DNA of 64,000 nucleotides from a virus (Duplodnaviria; Heunggongvirae; Uroviricota; Caudoviricetes): IMG/VR virus record IMGVR_UViG_648028025_000010; one strand, 5' to 3'. Shown piece by piece: positions 1 to 11,000 of this stretch (position 1 is its first letter; each line of letters starts with the position of its first letter). The notes under the pieces were generated by a model. It saw only the letters and a program-made list of their open reading frames with translations, ran no database searches and was not told where the DNA came from. The position numbers and the translations under genes were made by a program.

Positions 1-348
1 TTACGGTTCACACATCGCAGCCAACACGGTTTCTAAGCCATCCATCTGTACGTGCAAGGCTTTTTTAACGACGCCAACGACGCGAGCCGTCCACGCATCG
101 GCCGACATTTCCGCAACGGTATAAAGATTATCTTGCTGTTGTAAATCGGCAATTTGCTGTTCGCCGCCGATTAAGTTGACCTCATAATATCCCCAGTCAC
201 TGAAATGTTCTGTAGCAAGAATATCGGCATACACGCCCTGATGCGCACGGTGAAATGCACCAAAGCCTAAATGAATAATTCTTGGGGCCAGGTTATTACG
301 ATCATAAACAGGGAGTGTCGCTTTTGCTGATAACAAATTATTTCCCAT
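1..348 (-). CDS. ydfI: N-terminal part of a mannitol/mannonate dehydrogenase-family oxidoreductase (YdfI-like); ORF ends at an in-frame stop at the window edge
   Basis: Translation MGNNLL...[15 protein letters not shown] has the N-terminal Rossmann motif of long-chain mannitol dehydrogenases. Stop codon at positions 1-3 (tta on plus strand). Confidence 0.6.
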   Translation of the reverse strand: MGNNLLSAKATLPVYDRNNLAPRIIHLGFGAFHRAHQGVYADILATEHFSDWGYYEVNLIGGEQQIADLQQQDNLYTVAEMSADAWTARVVGVVKKALHVQMDGLETVLAAMCEP

Positions 349-397
349 AACAATTCCTTAAATATAAATATGGCAAGCTATATGTTTTGTTATATGA

Positions 398-432
398 ATA
401 AAAATCCCCTCTCCGGTAAGAGAAGGGATTGA
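398..432 (-). terminator. Rho-independent terminator downstream of ydfJ
   Basis: Imperfect GC-rich hairpin (atcccctctc / gagaagggat) with an A-run on the plus strand (U-tract on minus) just 3' of the ydfJ stop. Confidence 0.4.
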
Positions 433-436
433 GGAT

Positions 437-1720
437 TTACAGACTTCTGGAAGGTTGCGCAGCTCTTACAACACGCGGTTGATCTTCCGCAGCGTCTTCC
501 AGCGCACTTAAATCACGGTCTTTCACCTCTGGCATTTTCAGCGCAGAGATTAAACCAATTACTGAATATGCCATGATCATAATGGCGATCGGATACCAGG
601 ATTCCGTCATGGTGCAGAAAATACCCGCCAGGATAGGACCAAAACCGGAAGCGATAAGACCACCAATTTCTTTAGAAATAGCCATCCGGGTAAAGCGGTT
701 TTTACAGCCGAACATTTCTGCCATGGTAATGTTTTCCAGAGCAAATAATCCCAGCACCGCACAGTTATGAATCACAATCAGTGCAACCATAATGGTGCTC
801 GGGGCATAGCTTTTATCTACAATGATAGAAAGCATTGGCCATGCCAGCACAATCGCGGAGGTATTCATAATAATATACGGGATCCGGCGACCAATTTTAT
901 CGGATAACCAACCAAGGAACGGAATGGTCATAAAGCCGAGAATCGAACTAATCATCAATGCATCTGTTGGAATTGCTTTGTTAAACAATAACGTCTGCAC
1001 TAAATAGCCTGCAAGGAAAGTCTGAATTAACCCGGAGTTACCCGCCTGACCAAAACGCAGCCCTGTTGCCAGCCAGAAGGATTTGCTCTGGAACATGCTA
1101 CCAGCAGGTGCAGGTTTTGCTGTGGGTTGGTTGCTGTCGTTAACCTTCTCAAAGACCGGGCTTTCTTTCAGATTCATACGCAACCAGATAGCAAAGACCA
1201 TCACGACAACGCTCGCCAGGAACGGTATACGCCATCCCCACGCAAGCAGTTCCTCTTTACTGAGAATGAAGAACATAAAGGCCCAGATTGCCGTTGCGCT
1301 CAAGGTTCCGCAGTTAGTTCCCATAGCTACAAATGAGGAGATAATTCCGCGCTTACCTTTTGGCGCATATTCCGCCAGCATCGTACCGGCACCGGAAATT
1401 TCCGCACCTGCACCCAACCCCTGAATAATACGCAGCGTCACCAGCAAGATGGGGGCAAAAACACCAATCTGTGCATAGGTCGGTAACACACCAATTAAGG
1501 TGGTACAGATCCCCATCATGGTGATGGTAATAAAGAGCACTTTTTTACGCCCTATTCTGTCGCCCATTTTGCCGAAAATAAATGCTCCGACAATACGCGC
1601 CACATAACCTGCACCGTAGGTTCCCATTGCCAAAATTAACGCCATTGCCGTTGATGATTCAGGAAAAAATATTTCATGAAACACTAACGCTGCGCCGAGC
1701 GAATATAACTGGAAATCCAT
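437..1720 (-). CDS. ydfJ: MFS metabolite:H+ symporter, apparently N-terminally truncated at the prophage junction
   Basis: 427-aa ORF with 12-TM MFS pattern (GDRIGRK, PESPVF-like motifs). Starts at MDFQ, where related transporters have a longer N-terminus ending in the EW(Y/F)DF motif. An in-frame TGA lies immediately upstream of the ATG. Confidence 0.8.
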   Translation of the reverse strand: MDFQLYSLGAALVFHEIFFPESSTAMALILAMGTYGAGYVARIVGAFIFGKMGDRIGRKKVLFITITMMGICTTLIGVLPTYAQIGVFAPILLVTLRIIQGLGAGAEISGAGTMLAEYAPKGKRGIISSFVAMGTNCGTLSATAIWAFMFFILSKEELLAWGWRIPFLASVVVMVFAIWLRMNLKESPVFEKVNDSNQPTAKPAPAGSMFQSKSFWLATGLRFGQAGNSGLIQTFLAGYLVQTLLFNKAIPTDALMISSILGFMTIPFLGWLSDKIGRRIPYIIMNTSAIVLAWPMLSIIVDKSYAPSTIMVALIVIHNCAVLGLFALENITMAEMFGCKNRFTRMAISKEIGGLIASGFGPILAGIFCTMTESWYPIAIMIMAYSVIGLISALKMPEVKDRDLSALEDAAEDQPRVVRAAQPSRSL

Positions 1721-1738
1721 AATTCACAGGTGTTTTTT
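1709..1738. repeat. Candidate attL core of prophage 1 (imperfect direct repeat of 51589-51618)
   Basis: 30 bp, ctggaaatccataattcacaggtgtttttt, matches 51589-51618 with 3 mismatches. 15-bp identical core gaaatccataattca at 1712-1726. Overlaps the ydfJ start codon. Confidence 0.55.
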
Positions 1739-2322
1739 CCCATCCTGTGGTTTCCTTGGCGTTTTCTAGGTTTTTTCAGATAGTTGCATTTTTTTAAAAG
1801 CATCCTAAGTTCGATCTCAGTGTCTATCTGGGGCCTATTTCTGTCCCATATATGCCCCAAAAAACTCCCCAACAGATAAGTAGTTTTTTCATGGATTTAC
1901 GCGTAAAATCAATAACGGCTGGAAATCATTCAATACTCGCACTATCGAAAAATTTACCAGCCAACCGCAGCACGTTCTTGCATAAGGTGTGTCTGCGGTT
2001 TTTCAACTATTCAGATACATCACTCCCATCACATTCATTCCTCCACATCAAAGGCATATAGGCTATATCACCTTGATATTTTTCTTTTTCAGATAAAAAC
2101 TGTTATCTATGTATACTTTTAAACCCAATCCGTGTAGAGTCTCTGCATAAGATAGTTTGCAGTTGCCGCTTCAGCTTGCGCCATAAACCGCCTGATTTTT
2201 GCTGCCACCTGTTAGCATTCCTGTATACCTGAAACGACAATGTTTATCTACGAACTTTAAGAACACCCAAGATAAAAATTGTCAACTATATCATATATAA
2301 CACATTACTAATTCGAGGCTAT

Positions 2323-2436
2323 ATGAACAGCATACTGATAATCACTTCTCTCCTTATCATATTCAGCATTTTTAGTCATGCCCTAATAAAATTAGGGATT
2401 GGCATATCCAATAACCCAGACAAAACCGATGTATAA
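2323..2436 (+). CDS. Small hydrophobic peptide (37 aa), hypothetical
   Basis: ATG preceded by a GAGG-type RBS. Translation [37 protein letters not shown] has one predicted TM helix. Not in the ORF track (below 60 aa). Confidence 0.3.
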
Positions 2437-2504
2437 GTCAACATATCCTGAATCAGACATACAATATCGCAATGAAAATCAATAATATTTTAAGGAATAT
2501 CTTC

Positions 2505-2738
2505 ATGAAATCAAAAGACACCCTAAAGTGGTTCCCTGCGCAGCTTCCTGAAGTAAGAATTATCCTAGGGGATGCTGTAGTGGAAGTAGCAAAACAGGGA
2601 AGACCTATCAATACCAGAACATTGCTTGATTACATTGAAGGAAACATAAAGAAAAAATCATGGCTGGATAACAAAGAATTATTACAAACAGCGATATCAG
2701 TTCTTAAAGACAACCAAAATTTAAATGGTAAAATGTAA
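2505..2738 (+). CDS. ydfK: Cold-shock-induced prophage protein YdfK/YnaE family
   Basis: Translation from the internal ATG (MKSKDTLKWFPAQLPEVRIILGD...) matches my recollection of Qin YdfK. AAGGA RBS upstream. Confidence 0.7.
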   Translation: MKSKDTLKWFPAQLPEVRIILGDAVVEVAKQGRPINTRTLLDYIEGNIKKKSWLDNKELLQTAISVLKDNQNLNGKM

Positions 2739-3054
2739 TATAATAAACTTACTTTTTTATCATTTTTCCACTTTAACAACATTTTGCTCCACTTTTCCAC
2801 GACCAAACAACTTGAAATCTGGTTAAAATAACACGCAACACTATTCTTCTTCCTTGAGTCCGCCCGGAACTCGAAAAACAAACCGAGTTAAAGCCATTTT
2901 TCACAAAATCGATTTTGGGTCTCACCAAAATTACGGGGTTGCATACGCATTCGTTTATTTTCGAACGTGTACATACAAATATGCACAAAAATAATCAAAA
3001 TTATTTTCTGAGATGCATTATGATATGAACACCAATTTCGTATAGAGTCTCACT

Positions 3055-3645
3055 ATGTCTCGAATTTTTGCTTACTGTCGGATATCAACGCTGGATCAGA
3101 CCATCGAAAATCAACGCCGGGAAATCGAAAGTGCAGGTTTTAAAATCAAACCTCAGCAAATAATCGAAGAACACATTAGCGGCTCAGCAGCAACCAGTGA
3201 GCGTCCTGGTTTTAACCGGTTGCTTGCTCGCCTGAAATGTGGTGATCAATTGATTGTGACAAAACTGGATCGCCTTGGTTGTAATGCAATGGATATCAGG
3301 AAAACAGTGGAACAACTGACCGAAACAGGTATCAGAGTGCATTGCTTAGCATTGGGGGGCATTGACCTGACCAGTCCAACAGGAAAAATGATGATGCACG
3401 TAATTTCAGCAGTCGCTGAATTTGAACGAGACCTTTTACTTGAACGCACTCATTCCGGGATAGTAAGAGCCCGCGGCGCAGGGAAACGTTTTGGTCGACC
3501 ACCTGTGTTAAATGAAGAACAGAAACAGGTGGTATTCGAACGAATTAAGTCAGGTGTAAGTATAAGTGCCATTGCCCGGGAATTCAAAACCTCGCGGCAA
3601 ACCATTTTAAGAGCCAAAGCAAAACTTCAGACACCTGACATATAA
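3055..3645 (+). CDS. pinQ: Serine DNA invertase of the Pin/Gin/Hin family
   Basis: 196 aa, N-terminal catalytic motif YCRISTLDQ (resolvase/invertase serine) and C-terminal HTH. Sits next to tfa/stf as in Qin and e14. Confidence 0.9.
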   Translation: MSRIFAYCRISTLDQTIENQRREIESAGFKIKPQQIIEEHISGSAATSERPGFNRLLARLKCGDQLIVTKLDRLGCNAMDIRKTVEQLTETGIRVHCLALGGIDLTSPTGKMMMHVISAVAEFERDLLLERTHSGIVRARGAGKRFGRPPVLNEEQKQVVFERIKSGVSISAIAREFKTSRQTILRAKAKLQTPDI

Positions 3646-3742
3646 AAAATAATCTCGGTGTGAGATGCTTTACGTCTTCCAAGCCCCCTTCCTTGCCGTA
3701 AATGGAAAGATACATCTAATTATAGAATTTATATGTTTTACC

Positions 3743-4318
3743 CTACGGCAGTGCTGGCCATTCAATATCCTGTGCAGTTGACGTATCAACACGGTTCAGC
3801 AACACCCGATACTTTTTCCAGGCTTCCAGCAATGAGGTTTCTTCCTCCGTTGCGATTTCCAGATCTACAGCATCCTGAAGTGGCGCAATATGCTCACTGG
3901 CTACCTGCATCAGGCTGTTTTTTGTTTCTTCCGCCTCTCGGATCCGGAACAGTTTTTCTGCTTCTGCATCTTTCACCCAGGCTGTGCCGTTCCACTTCTG
4001 AAACTCCCCTTCCGGCGATAACCAGGTAACATTTTCCGGTAACGGACCGAGTTCAGAAATAAATAACGCGTCCCCTGACGCTACGTCATAAACCGTTTTA
4101 CCCCGATGGTCTTCAACGAGATGCCACGATGCCTTATCACTGTTGAAAACAGCCACAAAGCCAGCAGGAATATCTGGTGGTGCAATATCGGTACTGTTTG
4201 CTGGCAGACCTGTATGAGGCGGAATATATGCGTCACCTTCACCAATAAATTCATTAGTTCCGGCCAGCAGATTATAAATTTTTATGGTCCGTGGTTGTTC
4301 ACTCATTCTGAATGCCAT
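3743..4318 (-). CDS. tfaQ: Tail fibre assembly protein (Tfa)
   Basis: 191-aa ORF immediately 3' of stf. The N-terminal region (IYNL...[16 protein letters not shown]) is typical of lambdoid Tfa chaperones. Confidence 0.85.
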   Translation of the reverse strand: MAFRMSEQPRTIKIYNLLAGTNEFIGEGDAYIPPHTGLPANSTDIAPPDIPAGFVAVFNSDKASWHLVEDHRGKTVYDVASGDALFISELGPLPENVTWLSPEGEFQKWNGTAWVKDAEAEKLFRIREAEETKNSLMQVASEHIAPLQDAVDLEIATEEETSLLEAWKKYRVLLNRVDTSTAQDIEWPALP

Positions 4319-7284
4319 TATGCAAGCCTCACAATATAGTTAAATGCGATGTTTTTGACGGTGTTTTCCGCGTTACCAGCAGCGTTAACGGTGATGGTGT
4401 GTCCATGTGAACCAATCGCAACGGAGTGCGTATGAGCACCAATACCGACAGTATGCGCGTGTGCACCTGCAGATGCTGCTGTGCCGGACAGTGAATGGCT
4501 ATGATTACCATCTGTACTGGTATTCGCTAACCACCCCGTAGACATACCTACTGAGCCTTGTACACCCCAGGTATTTTGACCTGAGCTTGTATAACCATAT
4601 TGATAAGTATCTTTAAAAACACTGGGGTTAAATCGACGGCCATCTCTATGGCTGTGATTACCAGCTGCATTCGTGCTGCCACTTAAACTATGGGTATGCG
4701 CACCAGTGTTATTCGTGGATTTAGTGCCGTAATCAAACGACGATGTGGTTTTCGTCCCCAAATCCGTACTGGATGCGCTGGCGCTGTGGGTATGCGATTT
4801 AATGCCGTCCTGTTCCTGAGACAATACGGCCCGACCACTGGCAGGTTTGCCCTTAATCGTCCAGCCACGCATATCAGGGATCACGCCTGACGGATAAGCC
4901 GCTGCAAGTTTCGGGTATGCAGATTTGTCAAAAGCCTGCCCCTGCATCAGGGCATAGCCAGACGGAACGGTATCTGATGGCCACGGGATTGGTGCGCCAG
5001 GCGGATAAAACTGCTCTGATGGCGTATAGAGTGAATAAACTGTACCGTCCGTTAACCCTTCCGGCTTATTAGCAGAATATGCTGGTGACGTATGAATCGT
5101 CACGCTGGCATTACTGGTATAATCCCATTGAATATTTACACCAGTCGCATAATTTCCGATTGCAACGTAAATATCGTAAGTATCACCAGATGTATTAACC
5201 CAGGCAAAATTTGTAAACCCTGTCAATGTGCGCTGCCATAAAGCACCAGTAATCCCCTTCGGATTACCATTACCTGCACGTAAAACAAGTTCAGATATAC
5301 CTGCCTGTTGAGGTGACCCCACGTTAAATCCAGCGCCACCAATCAACGTAATTGAAACAACAGAACTCGCCTGTGGCATGGTTACCGTTGCTAATTTGAA
5401 CCAACCAGCACCACCGCTGAATGACATTGTTGTTGAGTTAAGCGTACCAATATCTTTCGGCGTCAGTGTTATATCCGCTGAAAGCGCCTTACCATTCACC
5501 TTACGGGCAGAAGGTACCCGACCATTCGCATTGTCATTAGCTGCTTTCACTGCTTTCGGTGTCGCAGCAAGCGTTTCAGATGTGCTGTTGGTTGCACTAC
5601 TGAGCTGGACAATTCCTTTTTGTGCTGTCGTAGCGTCCTGTGCGGTGTATTTCCCGTTAGCCAGGTCATACGCGGCCTTAACGGCTTTTGGCGTTGCCGC
5701 CTGTGACTCGGAAGTGCTGTTAGTCGCACTGCTGAGCTGAACTATCCCTTTCTGTCCTGTCGTTGCATCCTGTGCGGTGTATTTCCCGTTAGCCAGGTCA
5801 TACGCGGCCTTAACGGCTTTTGGCGTTGCCGCCTGTGACTCGGAAGTGCTGTTGGTCGCACTGCTGAGCTGTACTACCCCCTTTTTCGTCGTGCTCGCAT
5901 CCTCAAGCGCCACGGCGGATGCAATATCCTCTGCACGTTTTGCCGCTGTCTCAGCGCGCGTTGCTGCGGATTCTGCCGTACTTTTGCTCTGTGCTGCCGC
6001 TGCCGCACTGCCAGCAGCCTCTGTCGCCTTCGTGGATGCCGTCGTGGCGCTGCCCCTCGCTGCTGACGCCTGTCTGGTCGCCTCATCTTTTGAAGCAGAC
6101 GCAGATGATGCCGATGACGCCGCCGAACTGGCGGACGATGCGGCAGCCGTTTTTGAGGATTCTGCGCTGGTTTCCGACGCTTTCGCGTTCGTTTCGGATG
6201 TCTTCGCTGCGGAAGCAGACCTCGCTGCTGCGCTGGCCTGTTCAGTGGCTTCGCCAGCCTTCGTTGTGGCTGTTGAAGCGGATGATGCGGCGCTTTCTGC
6301 CGATTTTCCGGCGGCGGTGGCACTGACTGCTGCCTCCTCTGCCTTAATGGACGCCTCACGGGCCGATGATGCAGCTGCTGTCTCAGAGTCTGCCGCAGCT
6401 GAGGCGCTCTGTTCCGCTGCCGTTTCAGAAGACTTAGCATTCGTCTCGGACGTTTTTGCCGCCTTCACGGAATTTCCTGCCGCCATTGCCGAGGAGGCTG
6501 CACTGCTGGCGCTTGTGGAGGCGTTCGTTTCTGATGATTTTGCCGCCTCTTTGGAGGCCGCCGCATCTCTGGCTGAAGTGGCGGCTTCTGACGCTTTCGT
6601 CGTCGCAGTGGATGCAGAAGTGGCTGCTGATTTTTGTGACGCTGCAGCATTCGTTTCTGACGTTTTCGCGGCACCGGCACTGGTGGCCGCCGCGCTTTTT
6701 GAGGACTCTGCAGCGGCAGCACTTTTTGATGCTTCTGTGGCCTTTGTTGATGCTGTTCCTGCGCTGGAAGACGCTGACTGAGCCGACGTCGCGGCCTGCC
6801 CGGCTGATGTGCTGGCTGCACGTGCTGAGCCTGCAGCATCAGTCGCATGGGTTGCCGCCTCACGGGCTGATGTGCCGGCATCGCCGGCTGACTTCTTCGC
6901 GGCTGCCGTGTTCTGTGCCACCGCGGACGCGTTACGCGCCACCTCTTCCACCATCAGCTCAAAACGGCGCAGTGCCTCCGGACGGGCATCATCCTCCGTC
7001 ATGGCACCGAGAAAATCATTCAGCGTACCGGGTCGGGAATCTTCATACACGGTGATGGTCCCGGCATGTGACGGCGGGAATCCTTCCACCAACAGAATAA
7101 CGCTGTACTGACCGTACTCAACGTCCATACTGTAACGCCCGGCTTCATCCGGATTTTCTGAGGCCAGCGTGTTCACCACCACCGTGGTGCTGTTACGTTT
7201 TGCTTTCAGCTGGATTGTGCAGTTCTGTACCGGTTTTCCTGTGCCGTCTTTCAGTACACCTGAAATCTTTACTGCCATATTCAC
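4318..7284 (-). CDS. stfQ: Side tail fibre protein (Stf) with a long Ala/Ser/Thr-rich region and tandem repeats
   Basis: 988-aa ORF. N-terminus [18 protein letters not shown] is lambda-Stf-like. Central low-complexity A/S/T tract, three 44-aa repeats, His-rich C-terminal domain. The first codon on DNA is GTG. Confidence 0.85.
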   Translation of the reverse strand: MNMAVKISGVLKDGTGKPVQNCTIQLKAKRNSTTVVVNTLASENPDEAGRYSMDVEYGQYSVILLVEGFPPSHAGTITVYEDSRPGTLNDFLGAMTEDDARPEALRRFELMVEEVARNASAVAQNTAAAKKSAGDAGTSAREAATHATDAAGSARAASTSAGQAATSAQSASSSAGTASTKATEASKSAAAAESSKSAAATSAGAAKTSETNAAASQKSAATSASTATTKASEAATSARDAAASKEAAKSSETNASTSASSAASSAMAAGNSVKAAKTSETNAKSSETAAEQSASAAADSETAAASSAREASIKAEEAAVSATAAGKSAESAASSASTATTKAGEATEQASAAARSASAAKTSETNAKASETSAESSKTAAASSASSAASSASSASASKDEATRQASAARGSATTASTKATEAAGSAAAAAQSKSTAESAATRAETAAKRAEDIASAVALEDASTTKKGVVQLSSATNSTSESQAATPKAVKAAYDLANGKYTAQDATTGQKGIVQLSSATNSTSESQAATPKAVKAAYDLANGKYTAQDATTAQKGIVQLSSATNSTSETLAATPKAVKAANDNANGRVPSARKVNGKALSADITLTPKDIGTLNSTTMSFSGGAGWFKLATVTMPQASSVVSITLIGGAGFNVGSPQQAGISELVLRAGNGNPKGITGALWQRTLTGFTNFAWVNTSGDTYDIYVAIGNYATGVNIQWDYTSNASVTIHTSPAYSANKPEGLTDGTVYSLYTPSEQFYPPGAPIPWPSDTVPSGYALMQGQAFDKSAYPKLAAAYPSGVIPDMRGWTIKGKPASGRAVLSQEQDGIKSHTHSASASSTDLGTKTTSSFDYGTKSTNNTGAHTHSLSGSTNAAGNHSHRDGRRFNPSVFKDTYQYGYTSSGQNTWGVQGSVGMSTGWLANTSTDGNHSHSLSGTAASAGAHAHTVGIGAHTHSVAIGSHGHTITVNAAGNAENTVKNIAFNYIVRLA
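5554..5949. repeat. 3 x 132-bp tandem direct repeat inside stf (encodes the 44-aa unit [44 protein letters not shown])
   Basis: Near-identical 132-bp units visible on the plus strand (ttttggcgttgccgcctgtgactcggaagtgctgtt...). The first unit is partly diverged. Confidence 0.8.
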
Positions 7285-7285
7285 C

Positions 7286-7315
7286 CCACAAAAAAGCCCG
7301 CCTGAACCGGCGGGC
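7286..7315 (-). terminator. Rho-independent terminator between lom and stf
   Basis: Stem gcccgcc-tgaacc-ggcgggc followed on the minus strand by a U6 tract. An identical arrangement recurs at 55357-55382. Confidence 0.6.
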
Positions 7316-7342
7316 TGTCATAACACTGTGTTACCTGGCTAA

Positions 7343-7942
7343 TCAGAATTTATAACCGACACCCACGATGAAACTGTTGGTACGCCAGTCACCGCTGCCG
7401 GAGCCTTCATAAGCGACGTCAACGGCCACGGATTCGGTCGGGTTAAACTGCACGCCAGCTCCCCACGCCAGAGACGTGTTGCTGTGGCGACCGTCATCAC
7501 TTCCGGTCAGCACATCGTGCGTTTTCCCCTTGTTGTCAGTTACGCGGATATAATCTCCGGAGAAAGTCGAAACACGGCTGTAAGCCATACCCGCCATCGC
7601 ATACGCGCTGAACCATTCATTCACGCGCACAGACGGCCCCGCCATCACGCTGAACCAGCGGTTACGCACGGAATCTTCATGCCAGCGGGTATCGCTGTAA
7701 TGCGTTTTTTGCTCATCTTCAGCGTTGGCATAACTGAATGACGTAATCAGCCCCAGCGTGTCCGTAAACTCATAACGGTATTTCACGTTAATCCCGTTCA
7801 GATTATCGCTGCCGGGAGCGTTCGTACGGGCATGAAGATACCCTGCGCTCAGTGTGGCCTGCTGCTCAGACGCCCATGCAGGCGCACCGGATACGGCCAG
7901 ACAGATGGCTGCGGACAAAATGGCTGCACAAACTTTACGCAT
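7343..7942 (-). CDS. lom: Lom/Ail/PagC-family outer-membrane beta-barrel protein
   Basis: 199 aa with signal peptide [24 protein letters not shown]. Ends in aromatic ...VGVGYKF. Sits between J and stf as in lambda. Confidence 0.85.
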   Translation of the reverse strand: MRKVCAAILSAAICLAVSGAPAWASEQQATLSAGYLHARTNAPGSDNLNGINVKYRYEFTDTLGLITSFSYANAEDEQKTHYSDTRWHEDSVRNRWFSVMAGPSVRVNEWFSAYAMAGMAYSRVSTFSGDYIRVTDNKGKTHDVLTGSDDGRHSNTSLAWGAGVQFNPTESVAVDVAYEGSGSGDWRTNSFIVGVGYKF

Positions 7943-7965
7943 AATTACCTCTCGCTTTTCTGCAA

Positions 7966-7990
7966 TAAAAAAGGCGTCATTCCTGACGCC
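7966..7990 (-). terminator. Rho-independent terminator downstream of J
   Basis: Stem ggcgtca-ttcc-tgacgcc followed on the minus strand by a U-tract. Confidence 0.55.
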
Positions 7991-8012
7991 CTTTATTGGG
8001 GTTATAAATATT

Positions 8013-11000
8013 TCAACGAATACTGATGCCGGAAGCAGCTTTTTTGGTCACAATCACCGTACAATCGGTGATATTGCCTGCCCCCTGATTGCCTTTCTGG
8101 AAAATCTTAAACTCCAGAGTGACGCTACCACCACCACTAGGCATATCAATAACTGCACTGTAACTACCGGGAATGGCCCCTTTAGTTTCTCTGGATGCGA
8201 TTAATACGCCGTTTTTGCGAACTTCAAAACCATAACCCGTGTATCGCGTGCCTCCTGGGTTATTTCCGCTCCCCGGATCGTCATACGCTATACCGTTAAA
8301 AATAATGGGCGGAATAATAATCTGGCGGTCAAAGTTATGATCATCGCTGATGGTGACTGTAACCGTACCGTTTGGTGTTTCCGTGTTACCCCACGTACCG
8401 ACTTTTTTCGGGAAGGCTTTTGATACAGCTTTAACGAAATCCCCTCTGACCTGGGTCGCCTCCAGCATGCCCTTAATCGTACAGTTCTGGTTAATCGTGA
8501 CATTGTTGAGCGTTCCTGAGTTCGCATTCACACTGCCACTGATATCCGCATTTTTAGCGGTCAGCTTTCCGTCTGATGTCAGGGAAAATACCGGAGGACT
8601 GCCACCGCTGGTAATGGTGGGGGCCGTCAGGCGCTTCAGGAACACGTCGTTCATGAATATCTGGTTGCCCTGCGCCACAAACATCGGCGTTTCATTCCCG
8701 TTTGCCGGGTCAATAAACGCGATACGGTTAGCGGCAACCAGAAACTGGCTCAGCTTGCCTTCCTCCGTGTCCTCCATGCTGAGGCCAATACCCGCGACAT
8801 AATGTTTGCCGTCTTTGGTCTGCTCAATTTTGACGCCCCACATGGCATTCCATTTATCGTTGGCGTCTTTCCACTCTTTCGAAAACTCCTCCAGTTTGCT
8901 GGCGTTATCCTCCGTCAGCTCGACTTTTTCCAGCAGCTCCTTGCCGAGATGGGATTCGGTTATCTGGCCTTTGAAAAAATCCAGGTAACCTTCCGCATCA
9001 TCGCTCGCCCGACCGACAGCCTCCACAAATGCCGATTTGCCAACAGTGTTCACACTGCGGATATAAAAGTAATAATCATGGCCCGGTTTGATATTGATAC
9101 TGGCGGCTATCCAGTACAGCGCCGTGCCAAGATAGCGGGCTGTGGTTTCAACCTGCCTGATATCGGTAATCCGCTTTTCCGAGAACCAGAACTCAAACTG
9201 TACCGTCGGGTCATAAATGGCAAGATGCGGCGTGGCGGTTATCTGAAAATAGCCCGGCGTCAGCTCAATCCTCGACGGTGCTGCCGGTGCGGCAATCCGG
9301 AACGATACCGACGCCGCATCGCCCTGCTGCCCCCACGCATTTACCGCCCGGACTGTCAGCCTGTAGTTCCCCAGCGCCAGTTGCGTGAAGCGGTATGTGG
9401 TTTCCGTCGTCCGGGCCGTGCTGACCAGCCGCTCACTGCCGTCGTCCGCTGTTACGGTCAGACGGAGCAGGAAGCTCACGCCCTTCACCACCTTCGGTGT
9501 GTCCCATCGCGCCAGCACCTGATATTCCCCGCTGTCTGCAGTGACTTCTGCGGTCAGGTGCTGCACCGCTGGCGGCGTGACACCATTCACCGTGCCACTC
9601 TGTTCGCCGTCAAAGTGCGCCCCGTTATCCACGATGGCCTCTTTTTCCGGCACATGCTGCACGGCGGTGATGGCATACGTGCCGTCGTCGTTCTCACGGA
9701 TACTCACGCAGCGGAACAGGCGCTGGCGCAGCGTCGGCAGCTTCAGCCCCCATACGCTGTATTCAGCAACACCCTCAGGAACACGGCTCACTTTTACCTT
9801 CACGCCGTCGGTGACGGACTGAACCTCCACGCTGACCGGATTGCCACTTCCGTCAACCAGGCTTATCAGCGTGGTACCGGAGGATGGCAGCGTGATTTCA
9901 CGGTCGAGCGTCAGCGTCCGGGTCTGGCTGTTCACCGCCAGCACACGACCACCGGTGCTGATACCGGCATAGTCATCATCGCAGATTTCAATAACATCGC
10001 CCGGTACATGGCGAAGCCCTTCTGCGCCGACGCTGAAATCCACGGTCTGCGTCTCCAGCAGCTCCGTTTTAATCAGCCACAGCCCGGCGCGGTGTGCCTG
10101 CCCCCGGCTGGTACAGCCAAAGGCATCCATCTTCGTAACATTACGACCGTAACGGGCAATGGCCTGCGTATCTTCAACAAGCTCTGTCGCCGTCTCCCAG
10201 CCGTTGTTCGGGTCAATCCAGTTCACCTCAACGGCATTATGGCGGTCTTTCAGGGCGCTGAAGCTGTAGCGGAACGGCGCGCCATCATCCGGCATCACCA
10301 CATTACTGCGGTTATAGGTCCACGCCTTATCCGACGGTCGGTTCTGCACGAACGTCAGCGTCTGCCCGTTCCATACCGGCATACAGCGCATCGCCGAGCA
10401 GAAATCACTGAGAACGTCCCACGCCTTGCGCTGTGTGGTCAGGTACGCATTACAGGTGATGCGCGGCTCCGTGCCGCCAAAGCCGTCCGGCACTGACTGG
10501 TCGCAATTCTGGCCGATGACATACAGCGCCCATTTATCCACATCCGCCGCACCAAGACGTTTCCCCATGCCGTAGCGCGGATGGGTAAGCATATCCCACA
10601 GACACCAGGCCATGTTGTTGCTGTATGCCGGTTTTAACGTTCCGTCCCAGATACCGCTGTATTGTCGCGTCTGCGGGTTATAATTCGACGGCACCTGCAG
10701 AATACGCCCGCGCAGATGATAATTACGGCTCACCTGCTGGCTGCCGAACTGCTCCGAATCCACCTGTACGCCGACCAGTGCCGTGTTCGGGTAGCACTGT
10801 TTCACATCGATGATTTCGGTGTATGACGACCAGAGCGTTTTGTTCTGCAGCTGGTCTGTGGTGCTGTCCGGCGTCATCCTGCGCATCCGGATACTGAACG
10901 GGCGCGGCGGCAGGTTATCCACCACCACAGAGGCCAAGTACTGCGAGGTGGTTTTGCCTTTAATGGTGATGTCTTTTTCCGTCACCCAGCCACCGTTACG

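Noticed and set aside
3646-4400. Searched for a Gin/Pin-type invertible segment (inverted crossover sites flanking tfa and the stf 3' end)
   Set aside because: Only one tfa and one stf C-terminus are present and no inverted partner site was found by eye. Treated as an orphan invertase rather than annotating an invertible element.
5554-5949. Tandem repeats that could be mistaken for a CRISPR-like array
   Set aside because: Repeat units are 132 bp, contiguous without spacers, in frame within stf and encode a 44-aa protein repeat. Not CRISPR.
5378-7111. Multiple long ORFs on both strands inside stf (for example 5777-6781 plus strand, 334 aa; 5874-6440; 6456-7055)
   Set aside because: They arise from the repetitive GCN-rich Ala/Ser/Thr coding tract of stf. 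The products are low-complexity poly-Ala/Arg/Pro sequences. The stf frame is the only one with recognisable N- and C-terminal fibre domains.
8802-10496. 564-aa plus-strand ORF (and several 60-150-aa ORFs) lying antisense inside the J gene
   Set aside because: Entirely antisense to a well-supported, lambda-like structural gene. Arg/Pro/Gly-rich composition typical of GC-rich antisense frames. No RBS or phage context.
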